A DNA stretch of 64,000 bases from an uncultured Rhabdochlamydiaceae bacterium (lineage in GTDB: Bacteria; Chlamydiota; Chlamydiia; Chlamydiales; Rhabdochlamydiaceae): contig CAVQHD010000001.1 of the NCBI GenBank assembly GCA_963712275.1, positions 512,001 through 576,000 of the forward strand, written 5' to 3'. The notes under the pieces were generated by a model that saw only the letters and a list, made by a program, of their open reading frames with translations, ran no database searches and was not told the DNA's origin. The position numbers and the translations under genes were made by a program. Shown piece by piece: positions 30,686 to 41,464 of this stretch. Position 1 is the first letter of the stretch, and each line of letters starts with the position of its first letter.

Positions 30686-33600
30686 ATGGTTTTAAAAATT
30701 AATTATACTTCAAGTATTGATTTAACAAATAATACAAATTATTTCACCAATCACCAGAAATGGAAAATCGGCTGCGGCTTAGACTCCAAAACAGGATTGT
30801 GCTGTTTCTATCTGCAAGACAGCTTTGGTATTTCCTACTGCGTCACTGAGTTCATTGTAGAAGATCTCGATCCTCAGTTTAGCAGTGAATTGAACCAGAT
30901 CCACACATCTGATGAGCAGCAACAACGCATCCAAGCGTATTTAGAGCAGCGGCTGCGCCAAGCAAGCCCTTACCAGGTCCACGTCGAATCTCAAGGAGAA
31001 ATGCGGTTCATCCGTTTTGGCGATTATGGACTCAAAGGAGGCGGGAAAACAAAAATACTCGCGCTTGCTGCTTCACTAACTCAAGTCGGAATAGGGATTG
31101 CCTTAAGCAGCGGCTTTTTTAAGCAAGGAAAAATGATCGGCGGGATTTTGATCAGTTCCGGCCTCAGCAGCGGCTTGCTTGCCTACAACCAAGACGAGAA
31201 TGAGAGCGATTATTGGAAGGAATATGCAAAGAATTTCGGGTATGGCGTTCTAACCAGTGTTGTTTCTTATGGCACTGGATTTCTTGTCCAAGGCACAGGT
31301 CTTCTCACAAAGATCAGTGCCAAAGTTTTAGGAGGAGCACTCCAGGGCGCCGCATCGACGGCCGCTGTGATTTTTGCTCAAGAACAAAAGCTGCCCGACC
31401 TTAACAAAGTGGCTTGTAGTGCAGCTGCAGGAAGTCTTGGCGCTACCGCCAGCTTAGGAGCGGGCGCTCTCATGGATAAAGTGATGGGAGACAATGTATC
31501 TGGGGTTGCTGCCAAGGCGCTTCGAGGAGCTGTTCAAGGAGCTGCCGGTTCCATGGGTAGTAAAGCAATCACAAATTTGTTTGAAAAGAAAAGGCTTAGC
31601 CACGAGCTCCTCCAGGAGGGAATTTTAAGTGGTGTCGTCAATGGAGGCATCATGGGTCTTGAGCAAATAACTAAAAACCGTGAGCTCTACGCCGCTCAAT
31701 ATGAGCAAAGCAAACAAAAACAAACGGAAAGCGACCTTAAAAGCGCGCAAGAGAGCGCCGCAAAAAGTCGGCATGAAACAGAGCGTACTGAGCAGCGTTT
31801 GCAGCAAGCCGAGCAAGAGTTTCTCGCTCATCAGCAAAAGCTGCAAGAGCTCCATCAAACCCTGCAAGCGCAGCAGCAGGCTGCCGAGCAAGCCCGGCAG
31901 CAGGTGCAGCAGGCCCAGCAAATAGTCGATCAAGCAAGCAAAACAACGGCCGCAACCCATGAACAACTAATAGCAGCCCAGAAGAGACTCCACGCAGCTC
32001 AGCAAAACTACCAGACGATCTTGAAGACAGCCGACGACCATGTAAAATCGAATTTAGAGCGAGGGTTTAAGGCAAAGGTCGGCGGGTACCATCTAAAGTC
32101 GCCCGAGCAGATTAAAGAAGCCTTTTTTCGAGGAGAAAAAATCAAATGGACAAAGAGAGGAGGGCAAACAAAAACAATCCAAGTGAAGACCTCTGTCCCG
32201 CAACAACATCAGGAGGCCCAGCGTACTGTAGAGGCAGCGCAGAGCCAAGTTCGCAAGCTGCAAAGTTCTCTAGAGCAGAAGCAGGCCGCCCTAACTGCCG
32301 AACAACATCGGTTGAGCGAGCAGCAGCAAAAGGTTGATCAAGACCGCCAAGAAGTTCACGCCAACCAAGGCTCCATTGAAAAGCAGCAGCGGCATGTTGC
32401 TGAGCTCAAGACGCAATTCCTCGAGACGCAAGGACAGCTCGAAGCAGCTTTACAGAGGCAAAATTATTTAGAGTCTCTTTTTAAAAACCAGCAAGCAGCT
32501 GTTCAAGCTGCTCAAAATGTCTATCAGGAGCTTTGTAAAAGCCAAGCGCAAGGAGAGATGTATCCCATCAGACAAAAAGATCGTGCTCAGCTGAAAACTC
32601 TGCAACCCGAAAAGGTGTCTTATGTTGATTGCGGGATGAACGATCTGATCCCTCATGTGGTGCTTGTTCATGGATTAAATTGCACACAATGGGTTGAAGG
32701 AGTTGATTTAAGCTTGTCAGGAGATGATTATCAGCTATCTCTTATTCAAGGAATATTTAACTCAGATGGTACAATAGGCCACCATTTGCAGCTTGAGAAA
32801 CGAGAATTCAAAGAAGGGTTAACAGATAGACCCCACATACATTGGAGTTGGAATCAGTTAGTGCAACCTCATGGTGGTACAGTTCCGAAGCCTAAATACA
32901 GCTGGGAAGGGGCCCAAATTGCTTTGCTCGAGCCTCTCTTAATATTTGAAAACTCATCCAATCAGAAACCCATTGGGGTAGCGCCTTATGATACCATTAC
33001 GATAGGTTCGCATTGTCCGTCAGATAAATCGACCCTTGTTGTACCGGCGGCTCTTTTTCCTAGAGTAAAATCTTACCTAACAGGTTTCCAAGGAAAATAT
33101 ATTGTCTATGATGCATCAAAACAAAATATAAGATCAGCTGTTATCGATGCCCTCAAAACTTATTATTCACAAACATGGCACGTTTGTGATGAAAAAGGGC
33201 AATTGATTGGTCATGAAGTGAAACATTCAGCTTTAGGCTATGCTCCTAAAACTTACTTGAAAACGACAAACGGGCAGGTCGTCTGTTTGATACAAGAGGA
33301 TGGCAAGGAGTCTGAACAACAAATTTCCAAATCTATGAAAGAATACGCTGCGTCCAAACGCTTTATTGGATTACATGCTCATTCGACAACCTACATGCTT
33401 GAAGTTGGAACTAGTGGTTATTTCCCCACTTTAAAGCAATTTACGACCCATCCTGCCATTGTCAAGAATCATCCGCTGTTTGCCGGCACCATTCAAAGCA
33501 TTGAGGCTTTGGGCAGCATGGGGTCCTTGAAAGCATTCAAAGAGTTTTATGAACAACTGCTGATAAAGCATGATTCCAGAACCGGCGCGCAGTATGTTGC

Positions 33601-34750
33601 AGACTACATTCTCAATGAAGCGATGCATGCGGATCTTGTAAGTTTGTTCTATCAAGGGAATCCAGATACAGAGTTCGATCTCTGTGCTTTTGATTTAAGG
33701 ATGATTTTTACGTCAAGTCGAGCCTATCTTATCAATCTTTTAGAGAATATCGGCCGGTCTCTGCAACTTAACCAAAAACAAAAGGCTTTTGAATTTTTCA
33801 AGCTCTATTGTTCCCAGCTTCAAGAATGTCTGCTTCATCTACAGCAGGCTAAGAAGGAGGCGTTATCACTCTCAAATTTAAATGGGGAAGAGAACAATGC
33901 GATTGAGAATAAGGAGCCGCTTTGTCTTACGGTAGCTCAAAGTGAATGGGAAAAGATTGAGATGGCCGCATCAGTCGAATTTGATCTTGGCAAAAACTGG
34001 CCTTTAAATGATCAATTTTATCTCTATGTTGATAAGATGCTTCGCACGCTGCCAACAGATGCCGCAAAATTAAGAAAATTGTATCTACAATTATCCTCCC
34101 TGCGACTTCAAGATGTCAATGATCAGAAAAAGCAATGCCACTTAGAGGTCGTTTGTAACATCATTCAATGGACCTTTCAGGAGAAAGTTTACCTTACTTT
34201 AAGAAAAGACGACCTCAGCCCAGTACTGGTAGACAGGTTATCAAAACATGAGAACTGGCTCGCAGATTACGGTCTTGAACTTGCAGACTTTACTCAATAT
34301 CTTGGGGATTGCCTGTTCGACAACGTTGCAGCTCAGCTTCGCGATAGGAGTTCACTCTCATCCCAGCAATTGCGACAAAATGTGGTGAAATTCCTACACC
34401 CGCGAGAGCAAGAATATGCTTCAATGTGCAGGGACAAAGAAAATCGACTGCAGGTCGGCGATGGCATAGAGTTTGTTTCTTTTAATAGTTGGGAAGAATA
34501 TCTAAGGTGCATCGCTCAGCCGCTGGTTTGGGCAACGGAACTCGAAGTTCATGCCCTTGCCTTCATGTTAGATTGTCCTATCGTTTTGATGACCTTTGGA
34601 GCCAAGCCAAAAATCTATCATTCTGGTGCAAAAAATAGCCCTCTCATCCTTCACTATGTCAATACGAATCATTTCGAATCTTGTGTGCCTTTTAAGGGGT
34701 TAACGCCGTTGGATGTTTATCCAAAGATTCGAAATGAAGAGCATTATTGA
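30686..34750 (+). CDS. Large multidomain protein with coiled coil and C-terminal OTU-like cysteine protease (putative deubiquitinase effector)
   Basis: Gly/Ala-rich hydrophobic region, Q/E-rich coiled coil, C-terminal GDCLF...W.EY...WATELE...HYVNTNHF. Confidence 0.75.
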   Translation: MVLKINYTSSIDLTNNTNYFTNHQKWKIGCGLDSKTGLCCFYLQDSFGISYCVTEFIVEDLDPQFSSELNQIHTSDEQQQRIQAYLEQRLRQASPYQVHVESQGEMRFIRFGDYGLKGGGKTKILALAASLTQVGIGIALSSGFFKQGKMIGGILISSGLSSGLLAYNQDENESDYWKEYAKNFGYGVLTSVVSYGTGFLVQGTGLLTKISAKVLGGALQGAASTAAVIFAQEQKLPDLNKVACSAAAGSLGATASLGAGALMDKVMGDNVSGVAAKALRGAVQGAAGSMGSKAITNLFEKKRLSHELLQEGILSGVVNGGIMGLEQITKNRELYAAQYEQSKQKQTESDLKSAQESAAKSRHETERTEQRLQQAEQEFLAHQQKLQELHQTLQAQQQAAEQARQQVQQAQQIVDQASKTTAATHEQLIAAQKRLHAAQQNYQTILKTADDHVKSNLERGFKAKVGGYHLKSPEQIKEAFFRGEKIKWTKRGGQTKTIQVKTSVPQQHQEAQRTVEAAQSQVRKLQSSLEQKQAALTAEQHRLSEQQQKVDQDRQEVHANQGSIEKQQRHVAELKTQFLETQGQLEAALQRQNYLESLFKNQQAAVQAAQNVYQELCKSQAQGEMYPIRQKDRAQLKTLQPEKVSYVDCGMNDLIPHVVLVHGLNCTQWVEGVDLSLSGDDYQLSLIQGIFNSDGTIGHHLQLEKREFKEGLTDRPHIHWSWNQLVQPHGGTVPKPKYSWEGAQIALLEPLLIFENSSNQKPIGVAPYDTITIGSHCPSDKSTLVVPAALFPRVKSYLTGFQGKYIVYDASKQNIRSAVIDALKTYYSQTWHVCDEKGQLIGHEVKHSALGYAPKTYLKTTNGQVVCLIQEDGKESEQQISKSMKEYAASKRFIGLHAHSTTYMLEVGTSGYFPTLKQFTTHPAIVKNHPLFAGTIQSIEALGSMGSLKAFKEFYEQLLIKHDSRTGAQYVADYILNEAMHADLVSLFYQGNPDTEFDLCAFDLRMIFTSSRAYLINLLENIGRSLQLNQKQKAFEFFKLYCSQLQECLLHLQQAKKEALSLSNLNGEENNAIENKEPLCLTVAQSEWEKIEMAASVEFDLGKNWPLNDQFYLYVDKMLRTLPTDAAKLRKLYLQLSSLRLQDVNDQKKQCHLEVVCNIIQWTFQEKVYLTLRKDDLSPVLVDRLSKHENWLADYGLELADFTQYLGDCLFDNVAAQLRDRSSLSSQQLRQNVVKFLHPREQEYASMCRDKENRLQVGDGIEFVSFNSWEEYLRCIAQPLVWATELEVHALAFMLDCPIVLMTFGAKPKIYHSGAKNSPLILHYVNTNHFESCVPFKGLTPLDVYPKIRNEEHY

Positions 34751-36027
34751 GAAAATATACAAAAGGTTTTTCCACTGTTTAGAAGTTTAAGATACTCGGG
34801 GCTATTGTGGGCGACATCCCTAGTGAAGCAGCTTATGCAAAAAAGCCCCCGCCCACGGTAATAGATAGGTCCTCCGCTTAGTAGAACACTTTGAGAGATC
34901 CCATGTTCTTCTAGACCTGTTAACTTGGAAAGGTTACAAGGGAGTTGTGTTAATCCTGAATTATTGCTGATATTGAACCCTTTTAGGTGCTGGATCCAGA
35001 CGGCTCGATCTATCATTTTTCCTAAGATATCGCCTGTTAAATTCATATCACAAAAATGGAGCACTTCCAGATGCTTGAATCCATCGCTCTCGATCCACGC
35101 GTCTAGATCTTTGCTTAAGACTTGGTGATTGTGGGAGATATCCAGCGCTTGTAGATTCATGAACCCTGTTCCAATCCAACGCAATCCTTTGCCCGTCAGT
35201 TGAGGATTGACGGCGATATCAAGCCTTTGCAAATGGCTGAAATGGCCCGATTCTGCCATTTGTTTTAAATCATTATCTGTTAAATTCATATAATTGAGGT
35301 TGAGAGTCTTCAAGTGAGAAAAGCCAGTTTTCCCTAGCCATTTCAACCCTTCAACTGTCAGCCTGGGGTTTTCACTGAGATCTACTTCTTCCACATTTTT
35401 GAACCAAGGAGCAGCTCCTAACTGCTTAAGAGTATCGTCTGTTAAGTCAAGTTTACTGAGGTTGAGCTGTGTTGGAGGCTTCCAATCAGAGGTTTCTTCA
35501 TCGATTTTTTTGCTGAGTTTTTTCAGATCCAGGTATTTCAGTTCATCGGAATACTTAGTAAGCTCAAGTTTTACAGGAGGATGAGCATATTTTTGGCTTT
35601 CCTTAAGTCGTTTGAAGAGCAGGTTAATCTTGCGGGTTGCTTGATTGCTGAAATATTCATAACCTTTGATTCCTAAAAGGAGCCCTGCTGTTAGGGAAGA
35701 GAAAACCGAGATGCTTCTCATGGTGAGAGGATAAGATGAAAGCGCTGCTAATCCTATTCCTGTTAGCAGTGAAAACCCAACTTGAAGCTGCAAGATGCCA
35801 GACGAATACTCTTGAAAACTGTATTTTTCGCGAAGATAAATCCGGTCGATGAGATGAGTTATTGCTGCCCCGCTTACAACGCCTCCTGCAAATACTCTTC
35901 CATAGAGACCGCAACATGAACCGGTCCCCGCCGTAATGATGTGAAGAGTCCACTTTTCCCATTGGATGGAGGAGAGTTCTTGCAGCGCCCGCCAACCTGT
36001 TGATATAAATTTTTCTAATACTTGCAT
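34744..36027 (-). CDS. Membrane-anchored leucine-rich-repeat protein
   Basis: N-terminal hydrophobic segments; LxxLxLS.N..LT..GL.WL RI-like LRRs. Confidence 0.8.
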   Translation of the reverse strand: MQVLEKFISTGWRALQELSSIQWEKWTLHIITAGTGSCCGLYGRVFAGGVVSGAAITHLIDRIYLREKYSFQEYSSGILQLQVGFSLLTGIGLAALSSYPLTMRSISVFSSLTAGLLLGIKGYEYFSNQATRKINLLFKRLKESQKYAHPPVKLELTKYSDELKYLDLKKLSKKIDEETSDWKPPTQLNLSKLDLTDDTLKQLGAAPWFKNVEEVDLSENPRLTVEGLKWLGKTGFSHLKTLNLNYMNLTDNDLKQMAESGHFSHLQRLDIAVNPQLTGKGLRWIGTGFMNLQALDISHNHQVLSKDLDAWIESDGFKHLEVLHFCDMNLTGDILGKMIDRAVWIQHLKGFNISNNSGLTQLPCNLSKLTGLEEHGISQSVLLSGGPIYYRGRGLFCISCFTRDVAHNSPEYLKLLNSGKTFCIFSQ

Positions 36028-36123
36028 CTAAATTTTTTTAAGCATATTATAACTCAATTAAATCTATTCTATCAATTTTAAAACTTTTATTGAATATGCT
36101 GTTTCAGCAGCTATGGATAAAAC

Positions 36124-37611
36124 ATGACGCCGCTGCAAGCGCTTTCTCTTAGAACTCTCGCCCAAGGAAAAGGATTCTTCTCAACTGTATTTGGGAAATA
36201 TCAGGTGATGCACCTATTGAGAATAGAGCAAGGATTAAGTTGTGGGCTATGCGCACAGTTTTTTGCCGTGGGCTTTAGCTGCGGGGCAGTTGCCGCTTGG
36301 GTGATCGACAGACGTTTGAAGGAAGAAAAAAGTTTTACCGATTACCCTAAATTGATTTCGCAAACGGTTTCGCAGGTTTCCACTTTAGCGATAATGGCAA
36401 TAGGAGTTTTAGCACCAATAACAGCAGGAGTTTTAGCGCCAATAGTAGTAGGAATAGCAGTCGGAGTAGACCTGCTTGCGCTAGCCGATAGAGTTAATAA
36501 TATTTTTTTAACTGCCATTGGTGTCAGTATTTCCTTAGCGGCAGGGTTTGTTGCAGGGATAAAAATGGCAGAATATTCTATTGATAGAAGCGATCATCGA
36601 ATCGCTCAGCTGGCGCAAGTACTTAAAAAAAAGATGGATCAGGATATTGAGTGGCGGCTGGGAGATGGCCTCGTTTTCTGTCAACTCAAACTGAGCGATT
36701 ACAGCTCTTATTTTAAACGTCTTGATTTGAAAAAATTACTTATTAAATTCCAACAAGGATTTAACCCTGCGCACGGAAAAGAACCAGTATACCTGTCTCT
36801 CTCCGATATGGATTTGACGGATTCAGATCTCAAACGGCTGGGGGAAGCCGGCTGGTTTGAGGGGCTGAAAACACTTGATCTAAGCAATAATCCCCTCATA
36901 ACGGCCAAAGGTTTGAGCTGGGTAGGAAATAAATGTAGTCAAACATTGGAGGGGCTGAATCTCAGCTGTACCAACTTAGCAGATGATGACCTACGACAGA
37001 TGGCAGAACTGGGCTATTTTAATCAATTGGAAGGATTAATTCTTGGTGAGAACCCTCGTCTCTCAGGAGAAGGGCTTGCTTGGATGGCAGAAAAAGGATT
37101 TAAAGGGCTGAAAAGGCTAGATCTAAGTGGGAACTCGCAAGTGCTAAAGAGAGGGCTAAGAGAATGGCTAAAAAAAGAAGGATTCGAAAATCTAGAGATT
37201 CTTAATCTTAGTATGACGGATATCATAGAAGAAGACTTAGAAAAGATGATAAGAGAGGCCAAGTGGTTTAGAAAACTTAAAGGACTTGCGCTTCAACGTT
37301 GTTGTTGTTTGAAAAAATTTCCTTCTAATATTTTAGAACTAAAAGAACTTGATGATTATAGCCTTAATCGTAGGGATGCGATGCATGGTGGAAGATTTTA
37401 CTTCCAAGGTCTTTTTTTTCAAGGGTGTGAAAATTTAACTTATACTCAGGAAATTCTACAATTGGACATGGCTCGCAAGGTTTTAGGGTGGGGAGTTGCC
37501 GGTAGTAAACGTTTATACGGGCTTAAATTTCCTAAAGAATGGGATCTCGAACGTGTGTGTAAATTTCACAAAGTGCCTTTTAGGCGGGAGCCGCTGATAT
37601 GCGCCTTTTAA
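36124..37611 (+). CDS. Membrane-anchored leucine-rich-repeat protein (divergent paralog)
   Basis: Same architecture; shares LDLKKL, DLTD..LK.LG.A.WF and DL.QMAE.G.F blocks with 34744-36027. Confidence 0.8.
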   Translation: MTPLQALSLRTLAQGKGFFSTVFGKYQVMHLLRIEQGLSCGLCAQFFAVGFSCGAVAAWVIDRRLKEEKSFTDYPKLISQTVSQVSTLAIMAIGVLAPITAGVLAPIVVGIAVGVDLLALADRVNNIFLTAIGVSISLAAGFVAGIKMAEYSIDRSDHRIAQLAQVLKKKMDQDIEWRLGDGLVFCQLKLSDYSSYFKRLDLKKLLIKFQQGFNPAHGKEPVYLSLSDMDLTDSDLKRLGEAGWFEGLKTLDLSNNPLITAKGLSWVGNKCSQTLEGLNLSCTNLADDDLRQMAELGYFNQLEGLILGENPRLSGEGLAWMAEKGFKGLKRLDLSGNSQVLKRGLREWLKKEGFENLEILNLSMTDIIEEDLEKMIREAKWFRKLKGLALQRCCCLKKFPSNILELKELDDYSLNRRDAMHGGRFYFQGLFFQGCENLTYTQEILQLDMARKVLGWGVAGSKRLYGLKFPKEWDLERVCKFHKVPFRREPLICAF

Positions 37612-37657
37612 GTGGAAATCGATCATATAAGCTTCTTGTCTACAAAAGTTGATGACA

Positions 37658-40600
37658 TCAATGCAGCGGCTTGCGCGGCTCCCCTTCCCGCACGCCTAGG
37701 TTGCCGTATCGGTGGTAGTCGTAGCTGATGGCGATTTCCCGCAGGTAGTGGAGGAGCTCGAAGCGGCCGTTGGCAAGGACAGGGGCGGCATCGAGATAGC
37801 AAGCCGATTCAGCGGCAGCAGAGTGCCATGCGGCTTTGGGCGAGGAGAGAAGGCGGACGCGCTTGAAAACACCTTGCTTCACAGAGCTCAGAAAGTGTTC
37901 TTCGCTCTCCTCGATAAAATGGAAGATTGGCATGAGGCGCTTCCACTGAGAGGTCATTTCAAGAGGTGTTTCTCCTGGAGTCCAGCTGATGTGCATCGAG
38001 GTTTCGCACAAAAGGGCTGCGGCGCAAACCCGCAAGAGATCAAGAGGAGCATCGCTGAGTTGGATCCGGAAGCAAAGACGGTGATGGGGGCGGTACTGAA
38101 AGAGATTGTCTTGCCCTAAGATACGAGACGGGTCGTGTTCGTGTTTGAACCGGTGGGCCCAGAAGGCATAATGGGAAAGGCTGCTCTCCCAGAGGGCGAG
38201 CTCTTCGGCCTTTAGAGGAATTTTGTTGAGGAGCGCTGAAAGCTTTTTAATCATCGGTGGGACATCTCCCTTTTCCTTGGGGAGGGCTTTTTGAATGGGG
38301 TGAGAGAGCTGGGCAACGTAGTTGGGCCCGCCTGCTTTTGCTCCATGCCCATAACTGCTCGCTTTACATCCTCCAAAAGGCTGCCTGCGAACGATGGCTC
38401 CTGTGAGGGTTCGGTTGATGTAGAGATTCCCTGCTTCGATCCTGGAGAGCCAAAGCGCATGCTCTCGTTCATCCAAGCTGTGGAATCCAGAGGTGAGTCC
38501 ATAGGGAGTTCCATTGGCAATCTGAATGGCATGTTCTAAATTTTCAGCTCGCATCACTGCAAGAACAGGGCCAAAAAGTTCGGTTTGATGCATGAAGCTT
38601 CCCTCCTTCACGCCCCACTTGACTCCGGGAGACCAAAGGCGGGGATTTTGAGGATCTTGCTTAGGCTTTACAACCCATTCTTCTCCAGGCTCTAATGTTG
38701 TCAGGCCTCGGTGGAGCTCTTGTGCGGCCTCTCGAATGAGGGGGATTACTTTAGAGGAGGGATCCCAGGCAGAGCCCACTGTCAAACTTTCGACGGCATC
38801 TTTGAGCTGCTTTCGGAAATGGGGATCGTCGTAAACTTCCGCTTCTAAAATAGCTAAACTCGCGGCGCTGCATTTTTGCCCTGAGTGGCCAAAGGCTGAT
38901 TGAACGAGATCTTTGATGGCAAGATCTCGATCAGAAAGAGCGGAGATAATCATCGCATTTTTACCGCCGGTTTCAGCAGAGAGGTCGAGTCCGGGACGCA
39001 TCTTTAAAAAGAGGTGGGCGGTTGCTGTCGCTCCTGTTAAAATCACTCCATTGATGCGAGGATCTTTCACAAGCTTGCTGCCGACCGGGTCATCTTCGCA
39101 ATTGATAAACTGCAGCGCTTCCTTGGGGATCCCGGCTTCCCAGAGCGCATTCACAAGAATCCACCCTGATAAAACAGCTTCAGGCGCAGGTTTGAAAAGG
39201 ACGCAATTTCCAATCGCGAGCGCAGCTAAAATGCCCCCGGCAGGAATCGAGATAGGAAAGTTCCAAGGAGGAGCGACGAGGTAGGTCCCTTTCGGTTTCC
39301 ACTCAATATCGTGGCACGATGCCATTTTCATGAGGCTTCGTTGGTAGTATTCTGCAAAGTCGATGGCCTCTGAAATTTCTGGGTCCGATTCAAGAGCTGT
39401 TTTCCCGCCGTCTGCCATCATAACGCCGGTGAAATCTCCTCGCTTTTGCCTTAACATGCGAGCCGCTTTGGCCAGTAGCTCGCTCCGGTGCTCTGGCAAG
39501 GTAGAGCCCCATTTGGGCTCATAGGCTTTTGCAATTTTGAGAGCTTCATCGACTTGAGTCCAATCGGCAAGAGAGTATCGATAGAGAGTAGACTCAGGGT
39601 GAGAAGGGTCATCACCTGTGCCTTGAGGATCTGTTTGATGATAAGCTTTTCCTCCGATCACGCAGGGGATTGGTTCAATTTTTTTCTCTTTCCACTTGAG
39701 GGTGATTTGTTCGACCCAAAGCCGATTATGGGGGAGAGAAAAATCGGTATCCGATTCATTTTCGAAAGGTTCATTGAGATCGGTTTTTACGACTTCTTCA
39801 AGCCGATTTTGATGGCGGCGTGGGCCTAGAGGAGCCGTTTGAATTTCGGCGCATCCGAGCGAGAAAATGCGGACCTGCTCTTCCCATGCCGGTGCATTCG
39901 GGATGAGATCAAAGATATGTCTTAAGAAATTTTCTGAACCTGTGTTTTCATCAAGCCGTCGAATCAAATAAGCGACAGCGCTTTGAAAATCGGCTTTGGT
40001 CGCGATGGGACAATAGAGCAAAATGTCTTTTGAAAGTCGTTGAACAGCGCGCCTAACATGGTCTGCCATTCCTTCAAGCATTTCAAAAGAGACTTGTTTT
40101 TCGACTCGATACTCTGCTCGGAGAAGAAGAGCATAGGAGATATCAAATAAGTTATGGCTTGCAACGCCCAAGTGAACCGCTTTTGCATGGTCTGGAAGGC
40201 AGCCGTAGATCACCATCCGTTTATAGTTGGCGTCGACATCGATTTTATCTCGATAAGGAGCCTGAGGCCATCCACGAAGAGAAGCCTCAAATTGCTCCAT
40301 CGCAAGGTTGGCTCCTTTGACGATCCGAATTTTAATAGGAGCGCCTTTATTTCTGACTCGCTCCATCGACCACTCGGTGAGCTCTTTTTGAAATGCGTGG
40401 GCGTCTGGAAGGTAGGCTTGAAGGACAATTCCGGCTGAAAAATCGTGGAACTCCGGTTCGCTCAGAACTTTTTTAAAAAGATCGACAGTGAGCCTTAAAT
40501 CTCGGTACTCCTCCATGTCCAAATTGACAAACTTGGGCACCTGTGTTCCATCGGCCCGAGTGAAATGATTCGACTTCGCAACACGGTAAAGTTCTCGGAG

Positions 40601-41284
40601 GTGGCTGGCCAAAATATCCAAGGTTTTGTTCCACCCTAGTAAATTGATTTGTGAAAAGATTGTGGAGATCTTAATCGACACATACTCGATATCCTTCTGC
40701 GTCAGATCATGGAGATAGACTTGAAGGCGGCTTTTCGCCTCTTCTTCTCCTAAGATTGCTTCGCCAAGGTGGTTCAGATTAAGGCGAACCCCTTGCGCCC
40801 TGCGAAGCCGCATGTGTTTGGAGAGAGCCTTTTTCTCCCCAGGTAAAATCACCGTGCTTGTCTCTCGACGAAGAACCCAGGTTGCCAGCGGCACAAGAAG
40901 TGGAGCAAGCGGTTTTCCAACGAGTCGAAACATCGAAAGAGCGAGCCGCTTTGACCATCCCAAATATCGAGGGACTCCAAATTTTTTAAGCAGATAGACC
41001 ATTTGATAGGCAACCCTTTTGGGGACATGGCTCCGAAAACATTCATCGGTCATCCGAGTCGTAAACACTTTGCCGCGGGGATCTTGCATCATCCGCGCCA
41101 GCTCCCGTTGTTTTCGCTTCTCTTTTGGAGTTTGGATACGGTTTGCTTCATTCAAGAGATGAGCGGCCAGTTCAACAGCATACTTCTGCCGCTGCCCGAG
41201 GGTTAAAATTTTCCCCTCCACAGAATCAATGAGCTCTAGGGCTTCTTGTAAATGAGGGGATAAGGGCAACATCTTGTCTTGCAT
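37658..41284 (-). CDS. putA: Bifunctional proline dehydrogenase / P5C dehydrogenase
   Basis: LDMEEY, RIVKGA, RRLDEN (PRODH); PWNFP, ETGGKN, GQKCSA, ELFGP (ALDH). Confidence 0.95.
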   Translation of the reverse strand: MQDKMLPLSPHLQEALELIDSVEGKILTLGQRQKYAVELAAHLLNEANRIQTPKEKRKQRELARMMQDPRGKVFTTRMTDECFRSHVPKRVAYQMVYLLKKFGVPRYLGWSKRLALSMFRLVGKPLAPLLVPLATWVLRRETSTVILPGEKKALSKHMRLRRAQGVRLNLNHLGEAILGEEEAKSRLQVYLHDLTQKDIEYVSIKISTIFSQINLLGWNKTLDILASHLRELYRVAKSNHFTRADGTQVPKFVNLDMEEYRDLRLTVDLFKKVLSEPEFHDFSAGIVLQAYLPDAHAFQKELTEWSMERVRNKGAPIKIRIVKGANLAMEQFEASLRGWPQAPYRDKIDVDANYKRMVIYGCLPDHAKAVHLGVASHNLFDISYALLLRAEYRVEKQVSFEMLEGMADHVRRAVQRLSKDILLYCPIATKADFQSAVAYLIRRLDENTGSENFLRHIFDLIPNAPAWEEQVRIFSLGCAEIQTAPLGPRRHQNRLEEVVKTDLNEPFENESDTDFSLPHNRLWVEQITLKWKEKKIEPIPCVIGGKAYHQTDPQGTGDDPSHPESTLYRYSLADWTQVDEALKIAKAYEPKWGSTLPEHRSELLAKAARMLRQKRGDFTGVMMADGGKTALESDPEISEAIDFAEYYQRSLMKMASCHDIEWKPKGTYLVAPPWNFPISIPAGGILAALAIGNCVLFKPAPEAVLSGWILVNALWEAGIPKEALQFINCEDDPVGSKLVKDPRINGVILTGATATAHLFLKMRPGLDLSAETGGKNAMIISALSDRDLAIKDLVQSAFGHSGQKCSAASLAILEAEVYDDPHFRKQLKDAVESLTVGSAWDPSSKVIPLIREAAQELHRGLTTLEPGEEWVVKPKQDPQNPRLWSPGVKWGVKEGSFMHQTELFGPVLAVMRAENLEHAIQIANGTPYGLTSGFHSLDEREHALWLSRIEAGNLYINRTLTGAIVRRQPFGGCKASSYGHGAKAGGPNYVAQLSHPIQKALPKEKGDVPPMIKKLSALLNKIPLKAEELALWESSLSHYAFWAHRFKHEHDPSRILGQDNLFQYRPHHRLCFRIQLSDAPLDLLRVCAAALLCETSMHISWTPGETPLEMTSQWKRLMPIFHFIEESEEHFLSSVKQGVFKRVRLLSSPKAAWHSAAAESACYLDAAPVLANGRFELLHYLREIAISYDYHRYGNLGVREGEPRKPLH

Positions 41285-41464
41285 CGGCTTCTCCTTGAGA
41301 GACTGCTATCGATTGTTTTCATATCAAAACCCAACCTTATGACAAATCTTTTTTTAAAAAGTTTTGAATTTTTGGAGTTTTCTCCTCCTTGTTTTCTTTT
41401 ATGTTTTTAGCTATGTTTCGGATTACAGCATCAATTACAAATGTGAAAGTCAAATGGAGGTCAA

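Noticed and set aside
31680..32550. CAG/CAA-rich quasi-repeats and antisense ORFs
   Set aside because: By-product of the Gln/Ala-rich coiled coil.
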